Shown here: positions 10,869 to 21,550 of the stretch, piece after piece | How the letters are laid out: each line of letters starts with the position of its first letter | Position numbering within the stretch: the first letter of the stretch is position 1 | Translations under genes and position numbers: made by a program | Assembly: GCA_964603315.1 (NCBI GenBank) | Contig: CAZRUV010000001.1 | Coordinates: 592-64,591 of the forward strand | Source of the DNA: an uncultured Rhodobacterales bacterium | GTDB lineage: Bacteria > Pseudomonadota > Alphaproteobacteria > Rhodobacterales > Rhodobacteraceae | DNA length: 64,000 nt | Reading direction: 5' to 3' | The notes under the pieces: model-generated | What the model saw: only the letters and a program-made list of their open reading frames with translations | Databases searched by the model: none | What the model was told of the DNA's origin: nothing

Positions 10869-12380
10869 TCAATCCCCCTCGGCCACACCCGCTGCACGTG
10901 CCCTGGCGCGGCGGGCCCGATAGCTTGGCAACACGACGAGGATCGCGGCGATGACCAGCAGCCCGAGGGTCATGGGCCGCTCCCAGATGAAGGCGACACC
11001 GTCATACAGTTGCATGGAGCGGGCAAAGTTGTCCTCCATCATACCGCCAAGAATGAAGCCGATCAGCAGCGGCGCCAGCGGATAGTCGGCAAATTTCAGG
11101 GCCGTGGCGCAGATGCCGAAGCCCACAAGCAAAAGCAGTTCGGTTGCGTTGTTCTGCCCGATATACGCACCCATCAGGGTGAAAAAGAGGATGAACGGGA
11201 TCAGGTAGTTGCGCGGGACCGCGAGCACTTTGGCAATGTAGGGGATCAGGGGCAGGTTGAGGATCAGGAGCACCAGATTGCCGATGAACATCGACATGAT
11301 GACCGCCCAGAACACCTGTGGCGCGTCGATCATCAGCCGTGGCCCGGGCGTCACGTTCAGCGCGATCAGCGCGCCCAGCAGGATGGCCGTGGTGCCGGAG
11401 CCGGGAATGCCAAGCGTCAGGAGCGGCACAAAGGACCCGGTACAGGCCGCGTTGTTGGCGGTTTCGGGTGCGGCGAGGCCCTTGATTGAGCCTTTGCCAA
11501 ACTCGTCCTGTTCGCTTTTCGGCGCGATGTTGCGCTCAACCGCGTAGCCGAGGAAGCTGGCAATGGTCGCGCCTGCGCCGGGCAGAACTCCGATGAAAAA
11601 GCCCTGCAGCGATTGGCGGCCGACGACCGGCGCGATGGCACGTGCTTCGGCTCCGGTGATGCGCAGATCCTTGATCTCGCCGTCGTCGCCCTTGAGGTCT
11701 TTTGGCTTCAGGACGAGAAACAGCGCCTCGGGCAGGGCGAACATCGCCATGGCCAACGTGATAAAGCCAAAGCCGGATTGCAGGTCCATGATCCCCATGG
11801 TGAACCGGGGCAGGTTGAACAGCGCACCTTCGCCCACGGTCGCCATGATCAGGCCGAGGATCGTCATGATCATGGCCTTTGCGACCTGGCCGGTTCCGGC
11901 AAAGGCGGCGATGGCCGACAATCCCACGACCATCAGCGCGAAATACTCCGCCGAATGGAAAAGCAGGGCAACCGATGACAGCGCAGGGGCAAAGATCATC
12001 AGCAGAATGGCTCCGATCGTGCCGCCTGCAAAGCTGGCGATGGCCGCGATGGTCAGCGCCTTGCCGGCCTTGCCCTGTCGCGCCATGGGGTATCCATCGA
12101 AACTGGAGGCAACGGTGCCGGCGACACCGGGGGCGTTCAGCAGGATCGACGAGGTCGAGCCGCCGAAAATTGCGCCGTAATAGACGCCCGCCAACAGAAT
12201 GAGCGCCGCCGACGGGTCCCCCATGGAGATGGCCACCGGGATCATGATGGCGATGATCGACATCGGGCCCAGGCCCGGCAGCATTCCGATGAATGTCCCG
12301 ATCAGGCAGCCTGCGACAACCATCGCGAGGTTTTGAAACGACAGGGCCGTGGTCAGGCCGATCAGCAGTCCTTCGAGCAT
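10869..12380 (-). CDS. tctA: Tripartite tricarboxylate transporter large permease
   Basis: GMLPGLG, YYGAIFGGS, SFDGYPMA, APETANNA, PLLTLGIPGS. Confidence 0.95.
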   Translation of the reverse strand: MLEGLLIGLTTALSFQNLAMVVAGCLIGTFIGMLPGLGPMSIIAIMIPVAISMGDPSAALILLAGVYYGAIFGGSTSSILLNAPGVAGTVASSFDGYPMARQGKAGKALTIAAIASFAGGTIGAILLMIFAPALSSVALLFHSAEYFALMVVGLSAIAAFAGTGQVAKAMIMTILGLIMATVGEGALFNLPRFTMGIMDLQSGFGFITLAMAMFALPEALFLVLKPKDLKGDDGEIKDLRITGAEARAIAPVVGRQSLQGFFIGVLPGAGATIASFLGYAVERNIAPKSEQDEFGKGSIKGLAAPETANNAACTGSFVPLLTLGIPGSGTTAILLGALIALNVTPGPRLMIDAPQVFWAVIMSMFIGNLVLLILNLPLIPYIAKVLAVPRNYLIPFILFFTLMGAYIGQNNATELLLLVGFGICATALKFADYPLAPLLIGFILGGMMEDNFARSMQLYDGVAFIWERPMTLGLLVIAAILVVLPSYRARRARARAAGVAEGD

Positions 12381-12381
12381 G

Positions 12382-12864
12382 TCAGCCTCCCAAGAAGCCC
12401 GGAAGCGGGCGCATGTAGATCCCGAGTACTTCCTGCACCAGATACCAGACGGCGACCGTGGCGATCAGCGACACGGGCAGCATGATGAGCCATTTGCGCT
12501 CACCCAGGATTAAGGAGCCCAGGATCAGGAAGGCCGAGGTGGAGATCAGGAAGCCCACGGGACGCAGGCAAAGCGCGTAGACCACCATCAGGCCCAGCAA
12601 CAGCAGCGCTTGCCCAAGGTGGTATTCGGTGAGGCGACGGTAGTCGATGTCCGCCTCTTTCGGTTCGCTCTTCTCGACGCCCAGCAGGATGGCCAGCGTC
12701 GCGAGTATGCCGAGGATGGACAGGACCTTGGGAAAGGTGCTGGGCCAGATCGGGTTGCGGCGCATGAACGGCGCGAGGCTGCCGTCCATCGTAAACCAGG
12801 CGGCATAGCCATAGGCCAGGCATATGCCCAGCAAGACCAGCGCAATCCAGCGATCCAGTGCCAT
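12382..12864 (-). CDS. tctB: Tripartite tricarboxylate transporter small permease
   Basis: 4-5 TM helices, P.TFP and LG....P motifs; lies between tctC and tctA. Confidence 0.9.
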   Translation of the reverse strand: MALDRWIALVLLGICLAYGYAAWFTMDGSLAPFMRRNPIWPSTFPKVLSILGILATLAILLGVEKSEPKEADIDYRRLTEYHLGQALLLLGLMVVYALCLRPVGFLISTSAFLILGSLILGERKWLIMLPVSLIATVAVWYLVQEVLGIYMRPLPGFLGG

Positions 12865-12893
12865 CGTGGTGTCCTTTGTTGTTCGGTCGGACC

Positions 12894-12938
12894 GGGGGCC
12901 AGCCCCCGGACCCCCGGGATGTTTTCAGCAAGAGGAAA
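12894..12938 (-). repeat. Dispersed repeat, copy 2
   Basis: Reverse complement: TTTCCTCTTGCTGAAAACATCCCGGGGGTCCGGGGGCTGGCCCCC. Confidence 0.85.
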
Positions 12939-13049
12939 GACAATTTTAACCAATTTGTCTGCTTCTGGTCGTGCGGTACAGGCTGGGAAGCCGATGACCG
13001 CGCAAGGGGAAGGTTTGTCTTCCTAGGGAAGGGGGGATTTCAGTCTCCC

Positions 13050-13101
13050 CTTCCTCTTGCTGAAAATATCCTGGGGAGCGCGAGGGGGTGAAACCCCTCG
13101 C
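13050..13101 (+). repeat. Dispersed repeat, copy 3 (inverted relative to copy 2)
   Basis: CTTCCTCTTGCTGAAAATATCCTGGGGAGCGCGAGGGGGTGAAACCCCTCGC; shares TTCCTCTTGCTGAAAA(C/T)ATCC with copy 2. Confidence 0.8.
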
Positions 13102-13113
13102 ACCAAGCTTTGC

Positions 13114-14097
13114 TCAGAGGAAGCCCAGCTTCTTCATCAGGTCGCCGATGACCTGTTCCTGCGCTTCCAGGAAGGTCAGGAAATCGTCGCCGGAATTGTG
13201 GATGTTGACCCAGCCGTTGCGCGCGCGCACGGCTTCCCATTCGTCGGTCTCATACATCTTGGCAATGGCGTCCTGATATTTTGCCAGCATGTCCTCTGGC
13301 AGACCCGGAGCGGCAAAGAACCCGCGCCAGTTGACAAAGGTCGTGTCGATGCCTTGCTCTTTCATGGTCATGGCATCAGGGGCCGCATCGACGCGCGCGT
13401 CGGATGTGACGCCGATGATCTTGACCTCGCCCGCATTGGACAGATCGACCGCTTCGGAGAAGCCGGTGGACAGGGCTGCGATTTCGCCGGACAGAAGGGC
13501 CGCCATCGCTTTGCCGCCCGCGTCATAGGGGATGTACTTGACGCCAAGCGCATCCTTGCCGGCAGCTTCCATGACCATGGCCGCAACGAGGTGGTCCATG
13601 CCGCCGGGCACGGAGCCGCCGCCGATGGCTGTGGCGCCGGGATCCGCGTCAAAGGCCGCGATCAGGTCGGCCATCGAGTTGAGCGGGCTGTCCTTGCCCA
13701 CAACGATCGCCGCGTAATCGCCAATCGTGCCCGACACCAGCGTCAGGTCGCGGAAGTTGTGCGGGAACACACCGGTGAGCGAACGGATCACGATGGGGGT
13801 CGAATTGACCATCAGCGTGCCGTAGTTGCTGTCGGCGTTCTCGATCAGAAAGCCGATGGCCTTGCCGCCGCCGCCACCGGACATGTTTTCGTAGGATGCA
13901 GTGCCCACCAGACCGGCGCCTGTCAGGGCCTCGCCCGTGCCACGGGCGGTCCCGTCCCAGCCACCGCCGGCACCGCCGGGGATCAGAAAGTGGATGCTGT
14001 CCAGAACCTGATGGCCATCAGCGGCCACCGGGCCTGCAAGACCAAACGCGGCCACGGCCGCAAGCAGGGCGCGACGGCCCAGTTTGAAATTCGACAT
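13114..14097 (-). CDS. tctC: Tripartite tricarboxylate transporter substrate-binding protein
   Basis: Tat-like signal (GRRALL), PGGAGGGWDGTAR, NMSGGGGG, NWRGFFAAPG. Confidence 0.93.
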   Translation of the reverse strand: MSNFKLGRRALLAAVAAFGLAGPVAADGHQVLDSIHFLIPGGAGGGWDGTARGTGEALTGAGLVGTASYENMSGGGGGKAIGFLIENADSNYGTLMVNSTPIVIRSLTGVFPHNFRDLTLVSGTIGDYAAIVVGKDSPLNSMADLIAAFDADPGATAIGGGSVPGGMDHLVAAMVMEAAGKDALGVKYIPYDAGGKAMAALLSGEIAALSTGFSEAVDLSNAGEVKIIGVTSDARVDAAPDAMTMKEQGIDTTFVNWRGFFAAPGLPEDMLAKYQDAIAKMYETDEWEAVRARNGWVNIHNSGDDFLTFLEAQEQVIGDLMKKLGFL

Positions 14098-14154
14098 TTT
14101 GTCCTCCCATTTGACAACTGTCCGCTTGGCGGCTCAGTTGATGTGGTTGAAAGC

Positions 14155-14179
14155 ATGTCAACCTGACACAAACCTGTCA
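14155..14179. promoter_or_regulatory. Putative OmpR-family (TctD) binding site in the divergent tctC/tctD promoter
   Basis: Direct repeats AACCTGACA (14160) and AACCTGTCA (14171) at 11-bp spacing, plus an overlapping TGTCA..TGACA inverted pair. Confidence 0.55.
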
Positions 14180-14206
14180 CCCCAGAACTCACATCGCAGA
14201 AACCTG

Positions 14207-14875
14207 ATGAAATTCCTGCTGGTCGAAGACAACAAAGAGCTTGCCAATGCGATTGCCTCGCGCATGCGACTGGACGGGCATGTCATTGATCATGCAGAGA
14301 AATTGGCGGATGCCTCCGCCTTTGTCGCGACCGGAGAATATGACCTGATCCTGCTCGACATCATGCTGCCGGATGGTGACGGGCGGGCCTTTCTCAAGAC
14401 GCATCGTGCCAGCAATCTGGACACACCTGTGATTGTACTGACCGCCCGAAGCCAGGTGTCGGATCGAATCGGTTCGCTGGACCTCGGCGCGGATGACTAC
14501 GTAACCAAGCCCTTTGACCACGCCGAACTGGAGGCGCGGTGCCGGGCCGTGCTGCGGCGAAAATCCGGGAATGCGCGCACCAAGATCGAGATCGGCGGCG
14601 TCGTGTTCGACCCGGTTGCCGGCAATCTGTCGGTCGAGGGCGAGGCCGTCACCCTGCGCAACCGCGAATTGCGCCTGCTCGAGGTGTTCCTGAATGCGCC
14701 GGGTCAGGTGTTTTCCAAGCAAAAGCTGGCGGATCGGCTGTTTTCCTATGACGACGACGTCTCGGAAAACGCGATAGAAGTCTATGTCGGTCGGCTGCGC
14801 AAACATCTGGAAAACTCGGACCTCAAGATCATGACATTGCGCGGTCTTGGCTATCGGTTGGATCATGTCGGATAG
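14207..14875 (+). CDS. tctD: OmpR-family response regulator (TctD-like)
   Basis: LLVEDN, ILLDIMLPDGDG, GADDYVTKPF, NAIEVYVGRLRK, TLRGLGY. Confidence 0.9.
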   Translation: MKFLLVEDNKELANAIASRMRLDGHVIDHAEKLADASAFVATGEYDLILLDIMLPDGDGRAFLKTHRASNLDTPVIVLTARSQVSDRIGSLDLGADDYVTKPFDHAELEARCRAVLRRKSGNARTKIEIGGVVFDPVAGNLSVEGEAVTLRNRELRLLEVFLNAPGQVFSKQKLADRLFSYDDDVSENAIEVYVGRLRKHLENSDLKIMTLRGLGYRLDHVG

Positions 14876-16232
14876 CGCGGCCGTCTCCGGGTCGCTCAGA
14901 AACCGTCTTGTGCTGACATTGATCGGCGGGGCCGCTCTTTTGGCTGTCATGCTGTTTTTCGTGGTGCGCAATTATGCCGTTCAGGTGGCCCAGCAGGGGC
15001 AGGATAAAATTCTTGCGGCGTCCGTCACCTCGATGCTGGACGCAGCGGCGTTCCGCGATGGGGTGGTCGAGGTCGACATTCCCTACGCCGCCTTTTCGAT
15101 GCTGAGCACACGGGCGGATGATCGTGTGTTCTATGCGATTTTCCAGGACGGTGATTTTCTGTCCGGATATGACGATTTGCCGATCACCGAGATGTCGGGG
15201 GATGCCGAGCCGGTGTTTCGATCCGCTGAAATGCGCGGTGCGCGGGTGCGCCAGGTGGGGGCCAACCGGACCCTGATCGGGGCGAACAGCCGGACCGAGG
15301 TTCAGATCGTACTGGCGCAGACGCAGGATGCGATGTCGGACACGCTGGATCAGATTTCGCGCAATGCGGCCTTTCTGGGCATCGGTTTCTTTGCCCTTGC
15401 GGCGGCTCTGTCGTTTTGGGCCACCTCGGCCACGATCGGGCAACTCAACAACCTGACGGACTCGGTCACGCGCCGCGGGCCACAGGACCTCAGCCCGTTC
15501 AAAACGCCGGTGCCACGCGAAATGGCGCCTCTTGTAAGGTCCCTGAACTCGCTCATGGGTCGGCTTGATCATTCGCTGAGCCAGTCCGAGGATTTCATCG
15601 CTGAAGCGGCCCATCGGGTGCGGACCCCGCTTGCCACGGTGCGCTCCTATGCCGAAGCCACGTTGCAGCGGGTCGACAAGGAGGAGAACCGCGAAGCGAT
15701 GCGGTCGATGGTCAAGGCGATCGACGAAAGCTCTCGCGCGGCAGGGCAATTGCTGGATCACGCGATGACCACGTTTCGGGCCGACCATCTTCAGCGAGAG
15801 GAGATTGATCTGGTTGAACTGGTGGGCGAACTGGTCCTGCGGATGAAACCCATTGCCGAGATGAAGGACCTGTCGCTGGATCTGCGGGGCGATGCGGCGG
15901 TGCCCTATGCTGGGGATCCGATCCTCATACAGAACGCGCTGCGCAATCTGATCGACAACGCCATGAAATACGGGCCTGCGGACAGCACCATCGACATTGT
16001 CGTAACGGGCAAGAGCGGCGCCTGCATCACGGTGTGCGATCAGGGGCCGGGGTTCATGGACGACGAGGTTGAGACCCTGACCGCGCGGTTCAAGCGCGGA
16101 CAGAATGCGGACGGGACCATCGGCTCGGGCCTTGGGCTCACCATCGCGCAGGATGTTGCAACGGCGCATGGGGGCGGGATCGCGCTGACAAACCGGGAGG
16201 GAGGCGGCGCGTGCGTTACTTTATCGCTGTAG
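14865..16232 (+). CDS. tctE: Sensor histidine kinase (TctE-like)
   Basis: Two TM helices, AAHRVRTPL H-box, NLIDNAMKY, DQGPG, GSGLGL. Confidence 0.9.
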   Translation: MSDSAAVSGSLRNRLVLTLIGGAALLAVMLFFVVRNYAVQVAQQGQDKILAASVTSMLDAAAFRDGVVEVDIPYAAFSMLSTRADDRVFYAIFQDGDFLSGYDDLPITEMSGDAEPVFRSAEMRGARVRQVGANRTLIGANSRTEVQIVLAQTQDAMSDTLDQISRNAAFLGIGFFALAAALSFWATSATIGQLNNLTDSVTRRGPQDLSPFKTPVPREMAPLVRSLNSLMGRLDHSLSQSEDFIAEAAHRVRTPLATVRSYAEATLQRVDKEENREAMRSMVKAIDESSRAAGQLLDHAMTTFRADHLQREEIDLVELVGELVLRMKPIAEMKDLSLDLRGDAAVPYAGDPILIQNALRNLIDNAMKYGPADSTIDIVVTGKSGACITVCDQGPGFMDDEVETLTARFKRGQNADGTIGSGLGLTIAQDVATAHGGGIALTNREGGGACVTLSL

Positions 16233-17218
16233 TCTGGATCGTGTTTGCGCAAGCGGCGTGGGCGCAGGCGTTCGAGGACCGTCAGGTCTTCAACCAGGTG
16301 CCGGGCACGACGACGCTGCGCGTGATCTCGAGCACGGACACGCATTTGTTCGCCCCGATGATCGAGGCGTTTACCGCCGCAAATGCGGATGTCACGGTGG
16401 AATATCTGGTGACCGGCACGGCCGATATCGACCGGCGGTTTCGCCAGACGCCGGAGGCCTATGACATCGCCATATCAAGCGCGATGGATCTGCAACTGAA
16501 GCTGACCAATGACGGGTTCGCCGCTACGCTCGAAACCGTGGCGCATCCCGACTGGGCCACGTGGCGGCAGAGCCTTTTTGCGTTCACGTCGGAGCCTGCG
16601 TCGATTGTGATCAATCGCGCTGCGTTCGACGGCATGCCAATTCCGCAATCCCGGCAGGACCTGATCGAGGCGCTGCGCGCGCGGCCAGAGGTGTTCCGCA
16701 ACCGCGTCGGTACCTATGACGTGCGTCAGTCCGGGCTTGGCTATCTGTTCGCAACACAGGACGCGCGCGCGTCCGAAACCTTCTGGCGGTTGATGGAGGT
16801 GATGGGCAGCCTTGATGTGCGGCTTTATTGCTGTTCCGGCGACATGATCGACGATTTGACCGATGGAACCATTGCGGTCGCCTACAACGTGCTGGGCAGC
16901 TATGCGCAGGCGCGGGCTGGCGATGAAAGCATGCTCGAGATCGTGCAGCCTTCCGATTTTCCGACCACAATGATGCGGACGGCCTTTGTGTCGCGCGCCA
17001 CCGCCGAGCCCGAAGTGGCGGAGCGGTTCATACGGTTTCTGGTGGCGTATCAGTCGGATCCCAATGCCGGGACAGGGTCCTTGCCGCCGCTTCTGGGGCG
17101 GGCCGACGGGCGGGACCGGGCGACGATTGCGCTGGAACCTGCGCTGTTGACCTTTCTCGATACGCTGAAGCGGAACAAGTTTCTGTCGGAATGGGAAAAC
17201 GCCCTGATCCAGAATTGA
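16211..17218 (+). CDS. Periplasmic substrate-binding protein associated with tctDE
   Basis: Signal peptide; ISSAMDLQLKL, YDVRQSGLGYL, AYNVLGSYA. Confidence 0.85.
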   Translation: MRYFIAVVWIVFAQAAWAQAFEDRQVFNQVPGTTTLRVISSTDTHLFAPMIEAFTAANADVTVEYLVTGTADIDRRFRQTPEAYDIAISSAMDLQLKLTNDGFAATLETVAHPDWATWRQSLFAFTSEPASIVINRAAFDGMPIPQSRQDLIEALRARPEVFRNRVGTYDVRQSGLGYLFATQDARASETFWRLMEVMGSLDVRLYCCSGDMIDDLTDGTIAVAYNVLGSYAQARAGDESMLEIVQPSDFPTTMMRTAFVSRATAEPEVAERFIRFLVAYQSDPNAGTGSLPPLLGRADGRDRATIALEPALLTFLDTLKRNKFLSEWENALIQN

Positions 17219-17295
17219 AGCCGCCCAAATGCATAAAGCCTGAAGCGTCGCCCCCGGTGGCCGGGCGGGTGCCCCCCCGTTTCAAATCCGGCAGA

Positions 17296-17328
17296 GAAAG
17301 AAAAACGCCCCGAGCGGGCCGGGGCGTT
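17296..17328 (-). terminator. Rho-independent terminator of ilvC
   Basis: 9-bp stem AACGCCCCG/CGGGGCGTT followed on the minus strand by a T-rich tail. Confidence 0.75.
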
Positions 17329-17361
17329 GATCACAGACTGTTTTTTGCGGAGCCTGGCCGA

Positions 17362-18400
<1,039 letters not shown>

Positions 18401-18500
18401 TTATATGTGTGTATTGTGCTCTGGTCAGCGTTGTATTTTGAGTTTATTTGGCAAGATGAAGATTGGATCATGCGCCAAACAGTAATATCCGGAAGAAATC

Positions 18501-18956
18501 ATGCTTGATGATATGGATCGACGCATCCTGCGTCAGTGGCAGGCGGACCCGTCACTGGCCCCGGCGGAGTTGGCCGAGCGCGCGCGGGTGACGGCCGGGC
18601 AGTTGGTGCGCCGACAGGCCAAGCTGCGCGCGGCGGGTCTGGTGCAGGGGGTCCAGGCCGTGATTGACTGGGGTGTGTTGGGATATGCGGTCGAAGTGTC
18701 ATTGCGGGTCACATTGGACAAGACGCAAGCCAACGCCTTTGACGATTTTATCGGCGCTGCACGGCAAGTGCCGGAAGTGATCGAGATCCAGACCTTTCTG
18801 GGGCGGGTCGATGTGCGGCTCTCCGTGATCGCGCGGGACATGCCGCATTATCAGCACCTCTATCGTGCCCATATCCTCACGTTGCCGCACATAGCGGATA
18901 TCGAGGCGTTGATGCACGTCGCCCGGATCAAGAGCGACGAGGCGCTGCCGCTTTGA
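18501..18956 (+). CDS. Lrp/AsnC family regulator
   Basis: LDDMDRRIL HTH start and AsnC ligand domain; divergent from ilvC. Confidence 0.9.
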   Translation: MLDDMDRRILRQWQADPSLAPAELAERARVTAGQLVRRQAKLRAAGLVQGVQAVIDWGVLGYAVEVSLRVTLDKTQANAFDDFIGAARQVPEVIEIQTFLGRVDVRLSVIARDMPHYQHLYRAHILTLPHIADIEALMHVARIKSDEALPL

Positions 18957-19420
18957 TCGACATAGACGATATCGACCGCGCGATTCTGGCCCTTTTGGCG
19001 CGGGATGCGGGGCAGGGGGCGGGTGCCGTTGGCCGTGCTTGCGGTTTGTCGCAACCGGCGGCCTGGCGTCGGATCAGGAGGTTGCGCGAGGCGGGTGTGA
19101 CCAAGGGGCAGCGGCTGGTGCTGGACGCGCAGGCCCTCGGGTTTGGCGTGACCGTGTTTCTGGGTGTCAAGCTGGCCACGAAGGGCCGCGTCAGCCTGGA
19201 AGACTTCGAACGCGCCGTCAGCGCCATTCCGGAGGTGCAGACGGTGGAACATGTCCTTGGTCTCTATGACTACCGCTTGCGCGTCGTGGCGCGTGACCTG
19301 TCGGATTTCGAGAGGGTTTTGCGGCGCCGGATCATGACATTGCCGGGCGCGGGTGAGGTTGAGGCCAATGTGCTTTTGAGCGAGGAGCGCCGCCCCGGCC
19401 CGTTGAGCCGCTCAAATTAA
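18953..19420 (+). CDS. Lrp/AsnC family regulator
   Basis: IDDIDRAIL, GLSQPAAWRRIRRL, GLYDYRLRV; TTGA overlap with the previous gene. Confidence 0.9.
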   Translation: MIDIDDIDRAILALLARDAGQGAGAVGRACGLSQPAAWRRIRRLREAGVTKGQRLVLDAQALGFGVTVFLGVKLATKGRVSLEDFERAVSAIPEVQTVEHVLGLYDYRLRVVARDLSDFERVLRRRIMTLPGAGEVEANVLLSEERRPGPLSRSN

Positions 19421-19474
19421 CCTTTGAGTTGTTCCCTTGCTGTATGTGTGGTGTCATTCGGCGAGGGGTTTCAT

Positions 19475-20212
19475 GTGAAAATCGAAAGCAAATTTGACGT
19501 TATCCTGTTTTCACTGGTGGTGACTGTGACGTCCATGGTGCTCGCGGTTTTGCTGAACTACGTGATTTTCCCGTCTGCATTCGTGCCGCGAACGGTGCCG
19601 GGCACGATGCTGATTGTGACGCTTGTCACGATCCCGACATGCCTGTTTGTCGGGACAAAGATCCGCGAAAACGTGCACCTGTCCGAAGAGTTGCGCCGCC
19701 TGGTGGAGCGTGACAGGCTCACGGACGTGGCCACGCGCGACTTTTTCTTTGAGCGGATGGCGCAGCAACCGCGCGCCTACGGCATATCCCTGATGGTCGA
19801 CATCGACTTCTTCAAGCGCGTCAACGACACCTATGGGCACCTCACCGGGGACCGGGTGATCTCGCATGTCGCGAAGGTGCTGCAGGATGCGGTGGAGCCG
19901 GGCGATATCGTCTGCCGTTTTGGCGGCGAAGAGTTCGTTGTCTTTCTGGCGGAAGCTGATGCAGAAACTGGCGCTATCATGGCCGAGCGGTTGCGCGCAA
20001 CCGTCGCGGACAGCCCGATCGACGATGCGGGCACGACGCTGAATGTCACGGTCTCGATCGGTGGTTCCCTGAAGGAAGCCGCTGACAATATCGAAACCGC
20101 AATCCACCGTGCCGATGCAGCGCTTTATTCAGCAAAAAATGGCGGGCGCAACCAGGTGCGCATGTTCCCGGTCGACGTAGAGCCGCAGATTTCAGCTGTG
20201 GGCCGATCCTGA
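19475..20212 (+). CDS. Membrane-anchored diguanylate cyclase (GGDEF domain)
   Basis: Two TM helices, DIDFFKRVNDTYGHLTGD, RFGGEEF, ADAALYSAK. GTG start after GAGGGG (start uncertain). Confidence 0.9.
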   Translation: MKIESKFDVILFSLVVTVTSMVLAVLLNYVIFPSAFVPRTVPGTMLIVTLVTIPTCLFVGTKIRENVHLSEELRRLVERDRLTDVATRDFFFERMAQQPRAYGISLMVDIDFFKRVNDTYGHLTGDRVISHVAKVLQDAVEPGDIVCRFGGEEFVVFLAEADAETGAIMAERLRATVADSPIDDAGTTLNVTVSIGGSLKEAADNIETAIHRADAALYSAKNGGRNQVRMFPVDVEPQISAVGRS

Positions 20213-20365
20213 GCGGCGCGCGAAACGGCCGCTTTGCTCGCAAGACCACAAAGGGCTGATCGCGGTTGCGCCTGTTGGCCCTGCAAATGCCGTTCGTATA
20301 CCCACAAAGACTTTGCTGTCTCCTGCGTCGCGGGGTAAGCCACGCTGCAAAGAGGAGTACGCTGC

Positions 20366-21493
20366 ATGCCTGCATTGCTAGACACGGTCGACCCGCAAGG
20401 GCTCGAGGAATTTTCGGTCGTTTTCACGGACCGGTCGCTGAACCACATGAGCGCGGTGTTTCAGGGGGTGATGAACGACATCTCCGCAATGCTGAAACAG
20501 GTCTACAAGGCCGATGCCGTTGTGGTGGTGCCCGGAGGCGGCACGTTCGGGATGGAGGCCGTTGCCCGCCAGTTCGGTCGGGACGCGGACGTGCTGGTTG
20601 TGCGCAACGGATGGTTTTCCTATCGCTGGAGCCAGATTTTCGAAACCGGCGGCCTGACAGCGAACACGACCGTGCTCAAGGCGCGGCAGACCGGCAACGA
20701 CACGCCGTCGCCCTTCGCGCCGGCCCCGATCGAAGATGTGGTCGCAACCATCAAAGAGCAAAAGCCCAACGTCGTCTTCGCACCCCATGTCGAAACGAGC
20801 GCGGGTGTCATCCTGCCGGATGCGTATATCGCGGCCATGGCCGCTGCGGCGCATGAGGTGGGTGCGCTCATGGTGCTGGATTGCATTGCCTCGGGCTGCG
20901 CCTGGATCGACATGCGGGGTCTCGGCGTCGATGTCCTGATCTCGGCACCGCAGAAGGGTTGGAGTGCGTCGCCCTGTGCGGGTCTTGTGATGCTGTCGGA
21001 ACGCGCCGTTGCCCGGATGGAAACCACGTCATCGGACAGTTTCGCCATCGATCTGAAGAAGTGGCATGAGATCATGGCGGCCTATGAGGGGGGCGGTCAC
21101 GCCTATCACGCGACGATGCCGACGGACGCGCTGCGCGATTTCCGTGACACGATGCAAGAAACGCAAGCCTACGGGTTCGACAAGCTCAAGGACGCCCAGT
21201 GGGCGTTGGGCAATGCGGTGCGCGCGATGTTGGCCGGGAAGGGCGTCGTTTCTGTCGCAGCGGACGGATTCGGCGCGCCGGGGGTTGTTGTCAGTTACAC
21301 CGCAGACCCTGAGATCCAGACCGGCAAGCGATTTGCGGCGCAGGGGATGCAGATTGCGGCCGGTGTACCGCTGCAATGTGACGAGCCTGCGGATTTCCGG
21401 ACCTTTCGTCTGGGGCTCTTTGGTCTCGACAAGCTTTATGATGTCGACGGCACGCTGGCGCGCTTGAAGCGGGTGGTTGACGAGGTGCTCTAG
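20366..21493 (+). CDS. Class V PLP-dependent aminotransferase
   Basis: EFSVVFTDRSLNHMS, HVETSAG, LDCIASG, ISAPQKGW. Confidence 0.9.
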   Translation: MPALLDTVDPQGLEEFSVVFTDRSLNHMSAVFQGVMNDISAMLKQVYKADAVVVVPGGGTFGMEAVARQFGRDADVLVVRNGWFSYRWSQIFETGGLTANTTVLKARQTGNDTPSPFAPAPIEDVVATIKEQKPNVVFAPHVETSAGVILPDAYIAAMAAAAHEVGALMVLDCIASGCAWIDMRGLGVDVLISAPQKGWSASPCAGLVMLSERAVARMETTSSDSFAIDLKKWHEIMAAYEGGGHAYHATMPTDALRDFRDTMQETQAYGFDKLKDAQWALGNAVRAMLAGKGVVSVAADGFGAPGVVVSYTADPEIQTGKRFAAQGMQIAAGVPLQCDEPADFRTFRLGLFGLDKLYDVDGTLARLKRVVDEVL

Positions 21494-21550
21494 ACGCTGC
21501 CGATGTTGGGCGCTAGGTGTGCGCGCGACTGATTTCCTGCGAGGCCAAAC

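Noticed and set aside
19417-19431. CtrA box upstream of the GGDEF gene
   Set aside because: Only a TTAACC half-site overlapping the upstream stop codon; the second half does not match.
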